In this document: piece after piece, positions 51,701-64,000 of the stretch | How the letters are laid out: every line of letters begins with the position of its first letter | How positions within the stretch are numbered: position 1 is the first letter of the stretch | Assembly (NCBI GenBank): GCA_043228905.1 | Contig: JBHGNT010000002.1 | Coordinates: forward strand, 11,532,001-11,596,000 | Direction of reading: 5' to 3' | Source: Azolla caroliniana | Taxonomy: Eukaryota; Plantae; Polypodiophyta | Length of the DNA: 64,000 nucleotides | Program-made: the position numbers and the translations under genes | The notes under the pieces: generated by a model | Databases searched by the model: none | What the model was told of the DNA's origin: nothing | Seen by the model: the letters and a program-made list of their open reading frames with translations, nothing else

Positions 51701-54700
51701 AAAACATTTCCCTCTATTTTCTGCACACCGAATAAACATATTGAAACATGTCCAGCTGGTTACACAAACAAATCATCAATCAACCATCACATTACAATGA
51801 GATACACTTGTGCAGCAGTTATGTTTATGTGAAGCTTAATGAATCTTATGAAGTTAGTGAGCACAAACAGTTTGCTTGGCTACTTTATCTCAGGTATCAA
51901 CTTATTTTGTGACACATATAATTTTTATTACAGTCCCCAGTCCCCAATCTACGTCCATAATTTTGATCTACATATTTTTCTGCACACACCATGATAGACA
52001 GACATTCTTCGGGTCAGAATGCATGGGTCAACGAATGATTCAGGGCATTTCCCCTTTAGTTCATGCATTCATATACCCTGAAATCCTCTTTCATTATGCA
52101 AATCATTTGATAACATTTCCTTTGAGGCTACAATATGTAGGGCAATAAACTTTATATCAAATTACTCTTTCATGTTATGTGATTAGCTGAGAGGTGGAAG
52201 TGTTCATAAACCCATGTTTCAACACCCTTTTTAACTAGCATCATACAAAATGTATCATGTTCTTATCCCCAAAAAAATAGTGGGGCCTGCACAGGGATAT
52301 CATATAATACCTTTGCATATTCATGCCACACCTGAGGTGAGCGCAGTTGTGTGGTTGGTTGCCTTCACTAAACATTTTCCATGCTCTTTTACTTTCTTGT
52401 CCTAGGAACAAGCAATTCACGTATGCTTCAATATTAGCCCAATGTGATCTCTTCTTCTTCCATACACCGTGTTGGAAGGTTGCTCTTGCTTGTTTGTGTG
52501 TACAAATCCCCCTGAATTACTTCGTGTTGCAAGCATCTCCTTGTATCACGACATTCTTCAGCATACCAACTATTTTGTAGGCCTCTATCAGGTTTGGGTG
52601 CATTGCCTATTTTGAGGGGAATGGCATTTGTGGCTACTTTGAGCAATGACTTTGACAATCCTTGTGTGAGTTCCTCTAGGGCTGCACAAAGGATTCATAT
52701 CTCACATGCCATTGTATAATGCCATTGATATTACACCAGCCCACCTCCTTAGCATCCTTGTGCATCCATCCTCCACCTAAAAAGCGCTGCCAAGCCAATA
52801 GATCTACTAGAGATAACTACCTCTGTTATTTCAAGCACAAGAGATGAAGATCCCATCAGGTAATCGAATGTGCTAACAACTCCTTCTGGGTTCCAACATG
52901 TCAAAGCATCTGATCCGGGTCATTAGGAAACATTTATATCTCACCAATCCATGTGTACTTCCCAACCCAAGAGTGTTGCCATCACTTCACTCATATCTTG
53001 AGCTTGTCGCTTTAGACCAACTTCTTTTGCCATAACTTCTTCATATATAGCTTGCTTGTGTCAAATGTAGTTGTTTGTTCATCCTTAGTTTGTGCACTTA
53101 AGTCTAAAGTTCTCTAATAGTACTATATACACAATAGTAGTAAATCTTATGTTATTATATAATTGTAGATACGGTGATTCTTCAAGAGGTTCAAACCTCA
53201 AATAGGAAAGTGGAAAGTAGCAAATTGCAATTTAAAGTTCTCTAAGATCCCATCTTTTGATTCATATCAACATATATTGTGCATCTGCATCCTTATGCAC
53301 AACCTGCAATCTATCATGGAGCTCCTTTTTGTACAACACAATCACTTCTCCGGAGCCTCTAGTGCTTCTTAGTATTCGTGGTTAAGGATGACATGCGGAC
53401 TCCCATCTATATCCTTTTACATTGGGGAGTTTACTAGCAATGCATTGATGGGTCTCTATATACATAGCAATATTTGTGTTCTTGAAGATATCTTCACAAT
53501 ATTTGTGTTCTTGAAGATATCTTGTAGATCAACTTTAATTGTAATTAGTTCAACCTTATTTGAGGATTTTCATCCTTTAGATATTGCACCATCTCATCCT
53601 TGAGTTCCAAGTTTTGCATTTCCTATTTCAAAGCTCTTTCTACATCATGTCTCAAATGATTGACCTTTCCCCACTTCAAAATCCTATGGAAGGTGCATTT
53701 TGTGTGCCTTTTGCACCTTTTGAGCACTACCTAAGGTGTTCCCATCCCGTCCTTATCTTCTACCTAGAGTGTTCCATAACTTGGACAGCAAGTATAAGGA
53801 TTAGGTTAACAGCACAAAGGTCAACGGGCAAGAATACAAAGGTTAAGCCAACTTTGTAAAAATGCAGCGATCAACTCAAAGATTAGACAGATATTGTAGA
53901 AAACAGAAAGGTCAAGAACACAAAGATTAGACACACATTGCAGAAAACACAATGGATAGGAACACAAAGGTTATGCAAACATTGGAGAAAACACAGAGGG
54001 CAAGAAAACAAAGATTAGGCAAACATTGCAGAAAATGCAGAGGACAAAAAGTAAAATGGGACATAGTATAATTCCTTAACAAACATAGAATATTAGCAAG
54101 CAGCACTTACAACATTCCATTATTACATTAATTAAGAGAAAGATAGAAAACAATGCAGTCATCTAAATGAAGAAATAAATAGACCCAACAACAAATAAGT
54201 TAAAACCAAACCTTGAACCGAGGATCAAAAAGGATTTTTGGAAGCTCTTTCTCCCATTTTGAGAAGGGGACAATTCCTTTCTCTTTCAGCATTTCCTATC
54301 AAAAAACAAAAATTAGAAGCAAACTCTGTAAATTTTAGTACAGGTTACTGCAAATACAGATAAACTTTACCTTGAATTGAGACACACGCTCATCCTTTGT
54401 AGGGCCTTGCTCTTCTTCATCACTATCAGATGAAGACTCTGAAGAATTGTCTGTATTATTATCTTTCAACTTCTCTTTAGTACCTTCAATATCAACCAAT
54501 CTGTTGGAATTTCCATCTATGTTGTCACTTCCACCAGAATCTTGCAATTTCTTTTTTATCAAGTCTAACGCAGAAGAAGTTGCAATTTGACCAACTTTCT
54601 GTCCTTCACGTACCATAGATGCCCCTTCAGGTGCATTCAGACTGAAAGAGACAGCCCCTTTATCAGAATTACCCTTAGAAACACTTAATTTCTCCTCGGA

Positions 54701-57700
54701 TTGTCTCTTGCGATATTCTACAACTTCAGCAGGCACTTGCCAGCTCGTAGCCTAAAATCAAAGAGTAGAAATTTGAGCTTGGCAATAATCCAATCTAGAC
54801 AGTAAGATTTCTTGATGAATACCACAATTGAATGGGAATGAATGATAAACACCTGAGTTACTGTATGGTAGTAATATTTCTTGGCATCATTCGTAGTCAC
54901 CAAAGCCCAACCTGTTCCACCAATCATTTCCCTATAATAATAAGTGTTCAAAGCTGATTAGAGCCGAAACCTGACTCCAGACAGACATTTATACCACAAA
55001 AATACCAAGGACTTACAAATTTTGCATACAATTGAGAAAATTGTGAGTGAATGAGAAAGAAAAGAAAGATAAGTTACTATCTTTTAAGATGAAGCCTATA
55101 ATACCAAACAAGAGATTACATCTCTAAACAGAGAGGGCAAGATGAAAGATTATGAAATAATGGAAGGTGAATACCTGAAATAAATGTGTTATACACTACA
55201 AGCAACTATTTCATACATCGCAGACTAGAAAAGGAGAATGTTTTGGTCATTTGTAAGTGATAGCAAGAGGATATTGAAGAATGTTTTGGTCTTTCATCTT
55301 GCCCTCTCTAAACAGAGAGGGCAAGATGAAAGATTATGAAATAATGGAAGGTGAATACCTGAAATAAATGTGTTATACACTACAAGCAACTATTTCATAC
55401 ATCGCAGACTAGAAAAGGAGAATGTTTCGGTCATTTGTAAGTGATAACAAGAGGATATTAAAGATAGTATAGCTCCCCAAATTTCTTATATGATAAGTCA
55501 TTTCCAGAGATAGGACACCATCGAACATCTGCACATACCACAGCCAAATGTGGGAAGGTTTGATCAAACATACCCATCCAAAGCAGGCATATATTAGCAA
55601 TCATTTGCTAAAACATATACACAGTTCATGAGATATGGGAGAATCCGAAAGATACTTTCAGGATCATGGACGATTGTAGTGAGGCTTCCAATTTGGTAGC
55701 AATAAGGGTGACTCTTGAAATAAGGGATACCTAAACAACGAGACATTCATATATCACATGGTGAAGACGGCACAAAATGAGAATAGTAAAGTTCTGCATT
55801 AGTGGGAAATATCACGTTAGATGTATTCCTAATGATAGATCAAGTTCATTCTCCATCACATCCTCCTCTACTCAACCTTCTTCAATTCCTTCAAATACAA
55901 GAAGTACGAAGTGCTTCATATATAGACCTAGATATCATTGCCATCCTCTTCTATTCTCATTTACTTTTCTTTAGATCAATAACGTGTGTAAGTGGTTCAT
56001 ATATATAACAATCTTGAGTATCTTAAAGAAACTCAAAGTGCTGTTTGGAATTTATTGACCAATGCATGCACAAATGCACCAATCTAAAGGTCTTAAAATC
56101 TCTTAAAAATGACAGTTCAACAATAAAAATTTAGGACCAATTACAAAATTTCAATATCTTTCTTGCACAAGATCACCAGGGGGGCAGGGGTCAAAGAGCA
56201 GGGCACACACCAATTTAATGTTTGATGTCATAGCAAAGCACTAGTTTCTACCACCCAATATCCAAAAAAACATATTTTTCTTGTTGGTTAGATGGCAGCT
56301 ATCAAGAGTTATTTCTGCTTGAATCTTTGGCTGATGAGTTACTTGGTGGCTATCAAGGGTTCTTTTTGCTGCAACAAGGGTCAGCACGATGATGAGAGAT
56401 CCCTATGAGGTGGTGGTTGTAACTTTGGAAAGTTACAGTAATAACCTCTGTAAAAGTTTCAAGAATTGCTGAGCAGTTCTTAAGCACACCAACCAGATAT
56501 TTATGCATACATTCTGGTATCATTGTATGTTACCAAGTAACGTAGATATGAAGTAACTAAGGCCTTCTTGGTCCTTTATCTACAATATGGAATGACTGGA
56601 ATATTCCTGTTCTCATTTAAAATAATGAATTTCAACCGATTCTTTTTAAAATGTTCTTTAAGACTTAAGTCATGCTTCAAAGCCATAGTATATGAACTCT
56701 ACAATGCAAGGAAGTGCAATAAAAACCCTAGGAATATACACACACGCTTATACTAGTATGTGCATAGTATATATGTGTCAATGTTTGTGTATGCACATAC
56801 AGACAATGCACACACTATATGTAGGTACATACAGACACACATCTTTGTATACATATTATGCAAATGTTGATCTGCTTGTTTAAACCTCTATGGATGTCCT
56901 TGCATGATACCTTGGCTTTAAAAAAAAATCACAAGTTCCATACATAGATACGCACAAGGCAGCAGAACATCATTAACTGTGATATAAGAGAGTTCATAAA
57001 ACCATTCGGAATTATGAGCAAGCAATTACTCTATCCTGACTTTGAATAGAAATTTGTTTAACTAATAAAAAGCAGCAACAGAAGTTACGGACATTTATCT
57101 TCATCTGCTCTTTGAAGTTTATATAAATGTCATTAGCCATACCAGGAGATGGGGGTTGGCTGAGCAGTCACCCGGTCCACCTGCAGACAATAAACTTATA
57201 TTGAATGATTTGAGTAATAAGCATACAATAAACCTCACAAAGACATTGTGTGATAACTTCACAATATGACCTCACCTCTCCATGAAATCCAAGGGGTTTC
57301 TCATAGGTAGATTCACCAGAGATAGAGTTGTAATAATAAACAACCCCATCTGGGGTCTTATGAGCCGTCCACACATCAACAATATCCTCCTTCAGAAGTT
57401 CGGTCTTAGAGGTAGAATCAGGCATGTTTTTTTCTGACGCAATGGTAGATGACAATGCCAAATGACCATTTACATCTTGGTCTGCTACCAAAGATACAGA
57501 TGATATCTTACCTACTTCGGAGCTTACTGATTTCGAAGGGAACCCCTGCTCCCCAGGAGGGGCCAACGGTACTGTGTTGTCAGATGTTTTATTCATAATG
57601 CTAGCTTGTAAAGGAACTATAGGACGAATTGATGGAAGATACGGATTTGCGATTGGGAAAGTCGGAATGGGCCGAGGATTCATCTGGATAGGTGGAAACA

Positions 57701-58917
57701 TCCATGGTGCCACTGGAGCAGGAACTGGAGGAACATTTATGTAAGGTGTATACTGGGAAGGGTGAAACGTGGAATTGATTGTTGGTGCATTTTCTGAGGC
57801 AGAAGTTGGTGATGGAATTGGTATTGATCTAGGACCTTGTATAATGGCCTCACCTGGTGGCCTTTGCCCATATTGCAAAGGAGAAGCAACAGAGGAGACT
57901 GAAGCACCTACAATTGTTGATACATGTGAGCTTGTTGATCCTTGAATTGCCATAGCTGAAATTCCAGGAGGGACAGGAGGCACAGATGGTGACTCTGAGC
58001 TTCTAGAGGGTGTAGAATGCCCAGGCAGATCCTGTGCAAATGGTTCCAAATTCACTGAATTTCCTGTATTGCCTGGAGTTAAAGCTGGTTTAGAATTTCC
58101 CACTGCTGTTGCCAATGGGGAATTCTCTGATGATGTCAGTGGACCAGTAGATGTGTTTCCACTTGGTGAATTCTGAGAGACTGGAGCTCCAGACGGTACT
58201 GGGCGGATGGATATCCATGGGCCTGATGGAACTGGTAGACCAGGTGGTCCAGGGGAAGGAGGTAAACCTGAAGATGGTTGCCACCTCAAACCAACATATG
58301 AGGGTATCTGAGACATGTATCCTCCTGGAGGTGTTGTATTTGTGGGTCCTGTCTGTAATATATTAGCTGGAGCTGACTGCAAAAAACATACAACTCCAAA
58401 TATTTTGTTAGTACTTAGATATGGTCAAGCTGATTCGGATATATGACAAGTGCTTGACTCATTTGGTTCACTATGAAATTCTAATATTTTAAGTACCAGT
58501 CTCCAAAAGTATGGCAATAAAAATATGCAAAAACTGTGAAATTCCCAACTTTCTTTATTTCTTCACATGTCCCTGATCAACCCCCAAAAGAGCCTTTTTT
58601 GAACAATAAAATGTGCTATTTTGACACCTTTTTCTCTCTTTTTGGGGTTCAACCAGGGGTATTTGGGAAAATAGCAAACGTACGGGCATAGGGGGGAACT
58701 AAAGAGAAATTCCAATATTTCAATATTTGCCCTTTAATTATTCACATCAATAATAGAGACCATTTCCAAAGTTTAACAGCCACATTAATATTTTACCACC
58801 AGAGTGCAACACATCTTACCAGTATACAAAACAATCTGACTCTGATTATATAAACAGTATTCTTTTACCTCCTTCAGACCTTACCGTTGAAGACTCTCCA
58901 GACACACCAGGTTGCAT
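48721..58917 (-). CDS. PRP40C: pre-mRNA processing protein 40C / TCERG1-like (Pro-rich N-terminus, two WW domains, FF repeats), multi-exon
   Basis: WW1 VWTAHKTPDGVVYYYNSISGESTYEKP; WW2 GWALVTTNDAKKYYY; FF domains (FSKWEKELPKILFDPRF, RNDPRY..REALF, SWSEVKKLVKADPRY). Start placed at ATG 58917; a further 5' exon with a donor near 61440 is probable. Confidence 0.9.
53860..54050. repeat. about 32-bp minisatellite in PRP40C intron
   Basis: caaagattagacaNacattgcagaaaacac units. Confidence 0.7.
55121..55462. repeat. near-perfect tandem duplication (period 184 bp) in intron
   Basis: tctctaaacagagagggcaagatg... at 55121 and 55305. Confidence 0.9.
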
Positions 58918-60032
58918 TGATTGAGGCTGCCTAGCAGAAGCTGCCATTTCCTCCGACAAAGCCACACTCATAGCAATCAGAACATAGACAAGCTATACAA
59001 CCTGAAAGACAGCATGAAACATGTTTTTCCAAGGTTCCATATCTTTTTTCTTTTACATCCTCTCTGTTCTCTCTCACAATTAGCATCCATAAATATCCAG
59101 GAAAGAGATCAAATATTAAAGTCAAACCATTGGTGAGAAAACTCAAACAGAGGTGAACGTTCACAAAAATGTATAGAGCCACCAGATTTGTCACACAAAG
59201 GGAAAACAAGCATAGGTAAACTCCAATCTCCCAAAAATACACAATCACTTCCACAACATTGGCAATGAAAATAGTAGTAAAATCAATGAAATTTCACCAC
59301 AGAAAATTTAGTTTCAAGCTAAAAGAATTTTGTCTTACAATGCATCCCTGATTCTACAGCATCACTACTCAAAGAGCAAATATATTCTCTTGGTGAATCT
59401 TTCATATTGTTTTGGGAGGGCAAAAGTGTAATAAACATGTGAATTATCTATAGAAACATGTCCTGATTCAAAACTAATTGAACAGCACAATTTGATCTTA
59501 ATAAAAACAAACTTGTAATCGTCAGTCTTAAGAGTCAAGATTGAAGCTGAACTAAATCATTTATAGCTTGATGATTGCAGCTCACACAATACATCAAAAA
59601 GACAAGGTTGGCCAATGCATAGATAAAATACATTTTAAGAGGGCTATTTATACAGAGAAAAACAAACAAAAAATGCAGCAAGCAGCGATCACATTCGCAA
59701 TGTGGCATAGTGATCATCACCTAGCAAAACTATTATGCGCAACTTTGCGGATATTAACCAATGTAACCTTATTTATCTAAATCTATACTCAGAAGTGGAG
59801 GACACAACATATATAAGCAAATACATGTCCATATAACTGTACCCGAAAAACCAAGAGTTTGAACTTATGCAACAAACATACATATGGGCTTATGTATATA
59901 CAAATATACATGCATAGTGAAATACTCTTGTACATAATCCTTTACGTGTATATATGTATATGCTTGCATAGGTATGTGATGCATCTGTACATGCAAATAC
60001 AATGGTATGCCTGCAATATATACACAATGTGC

Positions 60033-60575
60033 ATACCCTTCTTTACAAATTACAGGTGTACATATTATGTGTATATGGAATTTTTTGCAATACGTATGTA
60101 CATTTTACACAAGCATACATACATGGATGCATATATAATCACACATACACATGTAATATATACATGTGTATGTATGTGTATACACTGTCTGTATATTTGC
60201 ATTCATATACATACATGAATGTATGTATATTGTGTATACTTCTTTACACATAATATGTATATGCATGTGACATATAAATGCTATGTGCCAGCATCTGAGG
60301 AATGTTTCTGCTAATCTCCCTAGTTTCCTTTCCGTGCACAAGATACCCTTCTTTACAAATTACAGGTGTACATATTATGTGTATATGGAAATTTTTGCAA
60401 TATGTATGTACATTTTACACTAGCATACATACATGATACATAGATGCATATATAATCACACATACACATGTAAATATATACATGTGTATGTATGTGTATA
60501 CACTGTCTGTATATTTGCATCCACATACATATATGAATGTATGTATATTGTGTATACTTCTTTACACATAATATG
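60033..60575. repeat. duplicated TA/CA-rich block (period about 310 bp)
   Basis: atacccttctttacaaattacaggtg... at 60033 and 60343. Confidence 0.85.
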
Positions 60576-61539
60576 TGTCTAATGTTTGCTACCTTTACAC
60601 ATAATTCTACCCCAAAACTTGAGAAACTTGAGTGGTGTTCGAACGAATGAGAAAATTTACCCCCAAACCCTAGATAAGGTTCAAATGCAAGCAAACAAGC
60701 AGGGGGGGCTGTTGCAAGGTCGTGTAATGACAGGCATTACACCACCAGGTAAAAAGCTAAGCCAAGCTATTTGAATTCTTCTGTCTTTTGCAAATTTGCA
60801 GTCTTTAACATTCCTTAGAAGAAAAAACCCCAGGAAAACTATTTTCCTACTAAATTAAGATCCATAGTTTCTGACCTTAAGAACTCCTCAACATAATTAA
60901 CTGTAGAAATCTAAGATACCAAGACTCTGACAATTAATAAAAAATGGTGTACATCAGAGCTACCCTAAAACACTAGCATTTTGGTACTTACAATTAATAA
61001 GTATCTCTAGGCTAACCTAAAATGCTAGCATTCTGGTACTTACAAACCTAGATAACTCTGTATCTATATGCTAGTCATAGGTACTGGGATTATGTCCTAA
61101 AAAGAACTTGTACAAAACTAACTCTGTGTAAGTCTCATATACACGTCTTATGACTTTTAAAAAACCTAGATAGATCTAGCTCTGTCTTAACATAATATAC
61201 TAATATGAAATTCGTCACTTAAATGCATCAAAAAAAAGAAACTAAATGATCTTCCTACAGAAATAATAGTAGATTATTATTTCCCGTCCTCTTCTTCTCC
61301 TCCTCCTCCTCCTTCTTCTTCTTCAACGGAAAGCATTCAATTTCTCAAAGGAAGGTACGGGAAGTACTTACTCACGCTTCTTCAACATGAAATTCCTTCG
61401 GAAAGACCATGGTGGAAGTAAGTAGGAACAGTAGCTTACCTGACTACGGGGAGCGGGAGGTATTCTCTGTGTCTTCTTCTTCTTCTGCGAAGAAAGGCCA
61501 CACATGTACAGAAAGAAAGAGAAAAACTCAACTGTGAAG

Positions 61540-61577
<38 letters not shown>

Positions 61578-61615
61578 AATTATTTGTACACGCACCACAT
61601 GTCCTCCCTCCTACA

Positions 61616-61646
<31 letters not shown>

Positions 61647-62999
61647 TCACAGAGAGAGAGAGAGAGTGTGTGTGTGTGTGTGTGTGTGTTATACTTATTA
61701 CCCACCGAGCGACCACACACACGTTGTATAAAAATTATAAGCAAGCAGCCCTCTCCATTTCTCATTACATCATCAAGAAAAAAGGGACCGACCACCGGAT
61801 TGTCACATCTAATTTGCTCGAGCCTTGGTTGGCCATTACTTAACATTTGGAGAATTTCAGGGTATTCCACAGTTAATTTTCCCTAGTTTGTTACATTAGA
61901 CTTGAGAGTAAGTTTGTTTGTGTTGAGAAAAATTGTTAGGCAAGCTCAAAGGTAGTCTTCGTTGTTGAGCATCACAACTGGTTCACATATATCCTTGGTT
62001 TCTCGTGTTTAGAGGTCACTCAGAGAAGTCCACAACACAATCACTCGAAACAATCGATGCAATGTGACTTGCAAGACAATTTCAACTTCAACACTCCCAC
62101 AAGACTCATGATTACTCAACACCAAAGACAAAAATGCACAAGTGATAAACCAACCCAAAACACTTTAAGGGTGTATTGTTAAGTACTCACCATCCATAAC
62201 ATGACCCACGAAGACATAGACACCAAAATAGGCATCGAGCTCCAATGAACACTAAGAAGAGGGGGATAGAACTAAGAGTCTGGAATGGCTTGGTTCAAGC
62301 CTAAAACAAGTTGTTAACCCGTTTTTAAATGGTTTGGCAATTTGTCAGTTCAGTTTGGCTTGGTTCATGCTTGAGCTTCGTAAATAAGTTTGACCTCTGT
62401 TTGGCAAGGCTTGAGCCAAACCAAACCCAAATTGTGCCAATACGGTTTACAAACTGATTAAGACTTAACTAGTTTGGTTTGGACAAGGCCAAAATGGTTA
62501 AGCCAAAACTGAACCGTCGACAATTCCTATATAGAATAAGACTTACCTCAAAGTTGTAGGCCAAATGGCAACACTAATTTGAAAGAGGTCAAACCTCATA
62601 TTAAAAAGTTATAGTGACGTTTGTAACTCTTATTCCTTCTTGAGTTTTCCCTCTTCATATAACTTAAACAAGAGCTCTCTACCCCCAATTTCTTATTCTT
62701 TAACTTCAGTGAGTAAAGTGATTAAGGTTAAGTGCTAATTTGTTACACACTAAACCTCTCCTCTTCTTGTATGTGTGTCGCATAGTCTTATACTAATCAA
62801 GACAGGTTTGACATTAATACATATAATGTTTTCCTTTATGGATATGTATGCTTAACCTTGAAATTCTCATTAAGACCTACCTAACTAGTCCCTTAATTAA
62901 GAGTTAAAGCGAGAGTTCTTGGTTATCCATTGGGATGGAATGCAACAGGCAAAGGAAAGGTTGAATGGGTTTTGCAAAAAGTGTGACAAAAGCTAAGCT

Positions 63000-64000
63000 A
63001 TTGGAAGATTGCAACATGGCCTCTCCATGTCAGATTGAGGACAATGCAATCTATATTCATGGCTTACATGCAATATTGCTTAATTATGATTGATTGGCTG
63101 AAACACATGATACAAAATATTAACTTAGAAATCATAAGCAACTTTTGGTGCTCTAAGCAGTTGTGTAGAGGTATACGACTCCTATCACCAAAGACGATAT
63201 GCACTCCACGATTGTCTGGAGGTTTAAATATTCTTAATTTGTAGTTGCATATGTTGGCTAAAAAAGCAACTTTACTACCCAATTTTGTTGAACAAACATT
63301 GCCTTGGGCAAGAATGCTATCATATATGTTTGATAATTTGAAAACCAAGTCATTTGGCTCATGGGATACTAACCATTGGGATGTAGTGATTGGAAAGCTT
63401 GATGAGCACATCAAAGGTTGTCCATTTAGCTCAACGCTTCTAAAGCATTGGAATGAAGTATTGCACCACATAAAATGGAGAGGTAGGAATTCAAAATTAG
63501 GGAAGTCTTTACACCTCGAAATCTTACATTGGAGTGTTATATTCCCACGGTCACTAGCTGAACAAGAGCCTAGGAAAGCTTATTTTTTAGCAAAGAAGGG
63601 GTTGAAATCAATTGCAAATGTGGTAAATGACCAAAGTCACCTATTAGGCTTCAATGACATGACATGTCATTATAGTATTGGGCCACATCATCGTGTTATT
63701 TGGAATCAAGTCACAAGATTGATACTTTCTTTAGTACCCCGTGCCACCTATAGATGGAGATCACAGTATTCAAGACTGGATATTACAAAAAGGCAACATT
63801 GTTATTCCAATGAATAAGATTACAACACATTATGTGGTTTCACGAACACACAAATGCATTGTGGCACCTACACAAAACCCAATCCTAGTGGAAAAACCAA
63901 CTTACAAGCTTATGGATCTCTAGTCTTCCACTTAAGCAATGAGTATTCCTATGGAGATGCCTATTGGGTGTGATCCTGACTAGGTCAAATCTTCAAAAGA
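63000..64000 (+). pseudogene. decayed L1-like LINE ORF2 fragment (post-RT region)
   Basis: ISNFW..ICTPRLSGGLNILNL followed by Trp-rich ORF 63245-63817. Confidence 0.55.

Noticed and set aside
52350-53100. possible hAT transposase remnant in a PRP40C intron
   Set aside because: Only faint motif traces, no TIR or TSD found; cannot be supported by eye.
62270-62530. possible MITE rich in GGTTTGG/AAACC motifs
   Set aside because: No convincing TIR or TSD pair identified.

Overview
Eukaryotic land-plant DNA (spliceosomal introns, GASA gene, organellar-type topoisomerase IA; probably a non-seed plant, which is inference). Bases 1-24.3 kb are a nest of transposons. A decayed Ty3/gypsy pol is interrupted by a Ty1/copia element, which is itself interrupted by (i) a 9,175-bp TIR DNA transposon (1076-10250; 36-bp TIRs, 4-bp TGTC target duplication) and (ii) a composite gypsy insertion with an odd tail-to-tail LTR fusion. 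The DNA transposon is the highlight. It has a Sola1-like DDE transposase (minus strand) and, divergently, an intact six-exon gene (974 aa) fusing a ParB/Srx-like domain to a bacterial-type beta-class N4C/N6A DNA methyltransferase. Its first intron holds nine 25-bp palindromes at 51-52 bp spacing with orientation-flipping spacers, a candidate parS-like or methylation-target array. The rest of the window holds three host genes (type IA topoisomerase with a Lys/Ser/Glu repeat tail, GASA/Snakin, PRP40C/TCERG1-like WW-FF protein), LINE fragments, a chromovirus remnant, a hAT MITE and simple repeats. Family assignments are from motifs read by eye; no database search was run.
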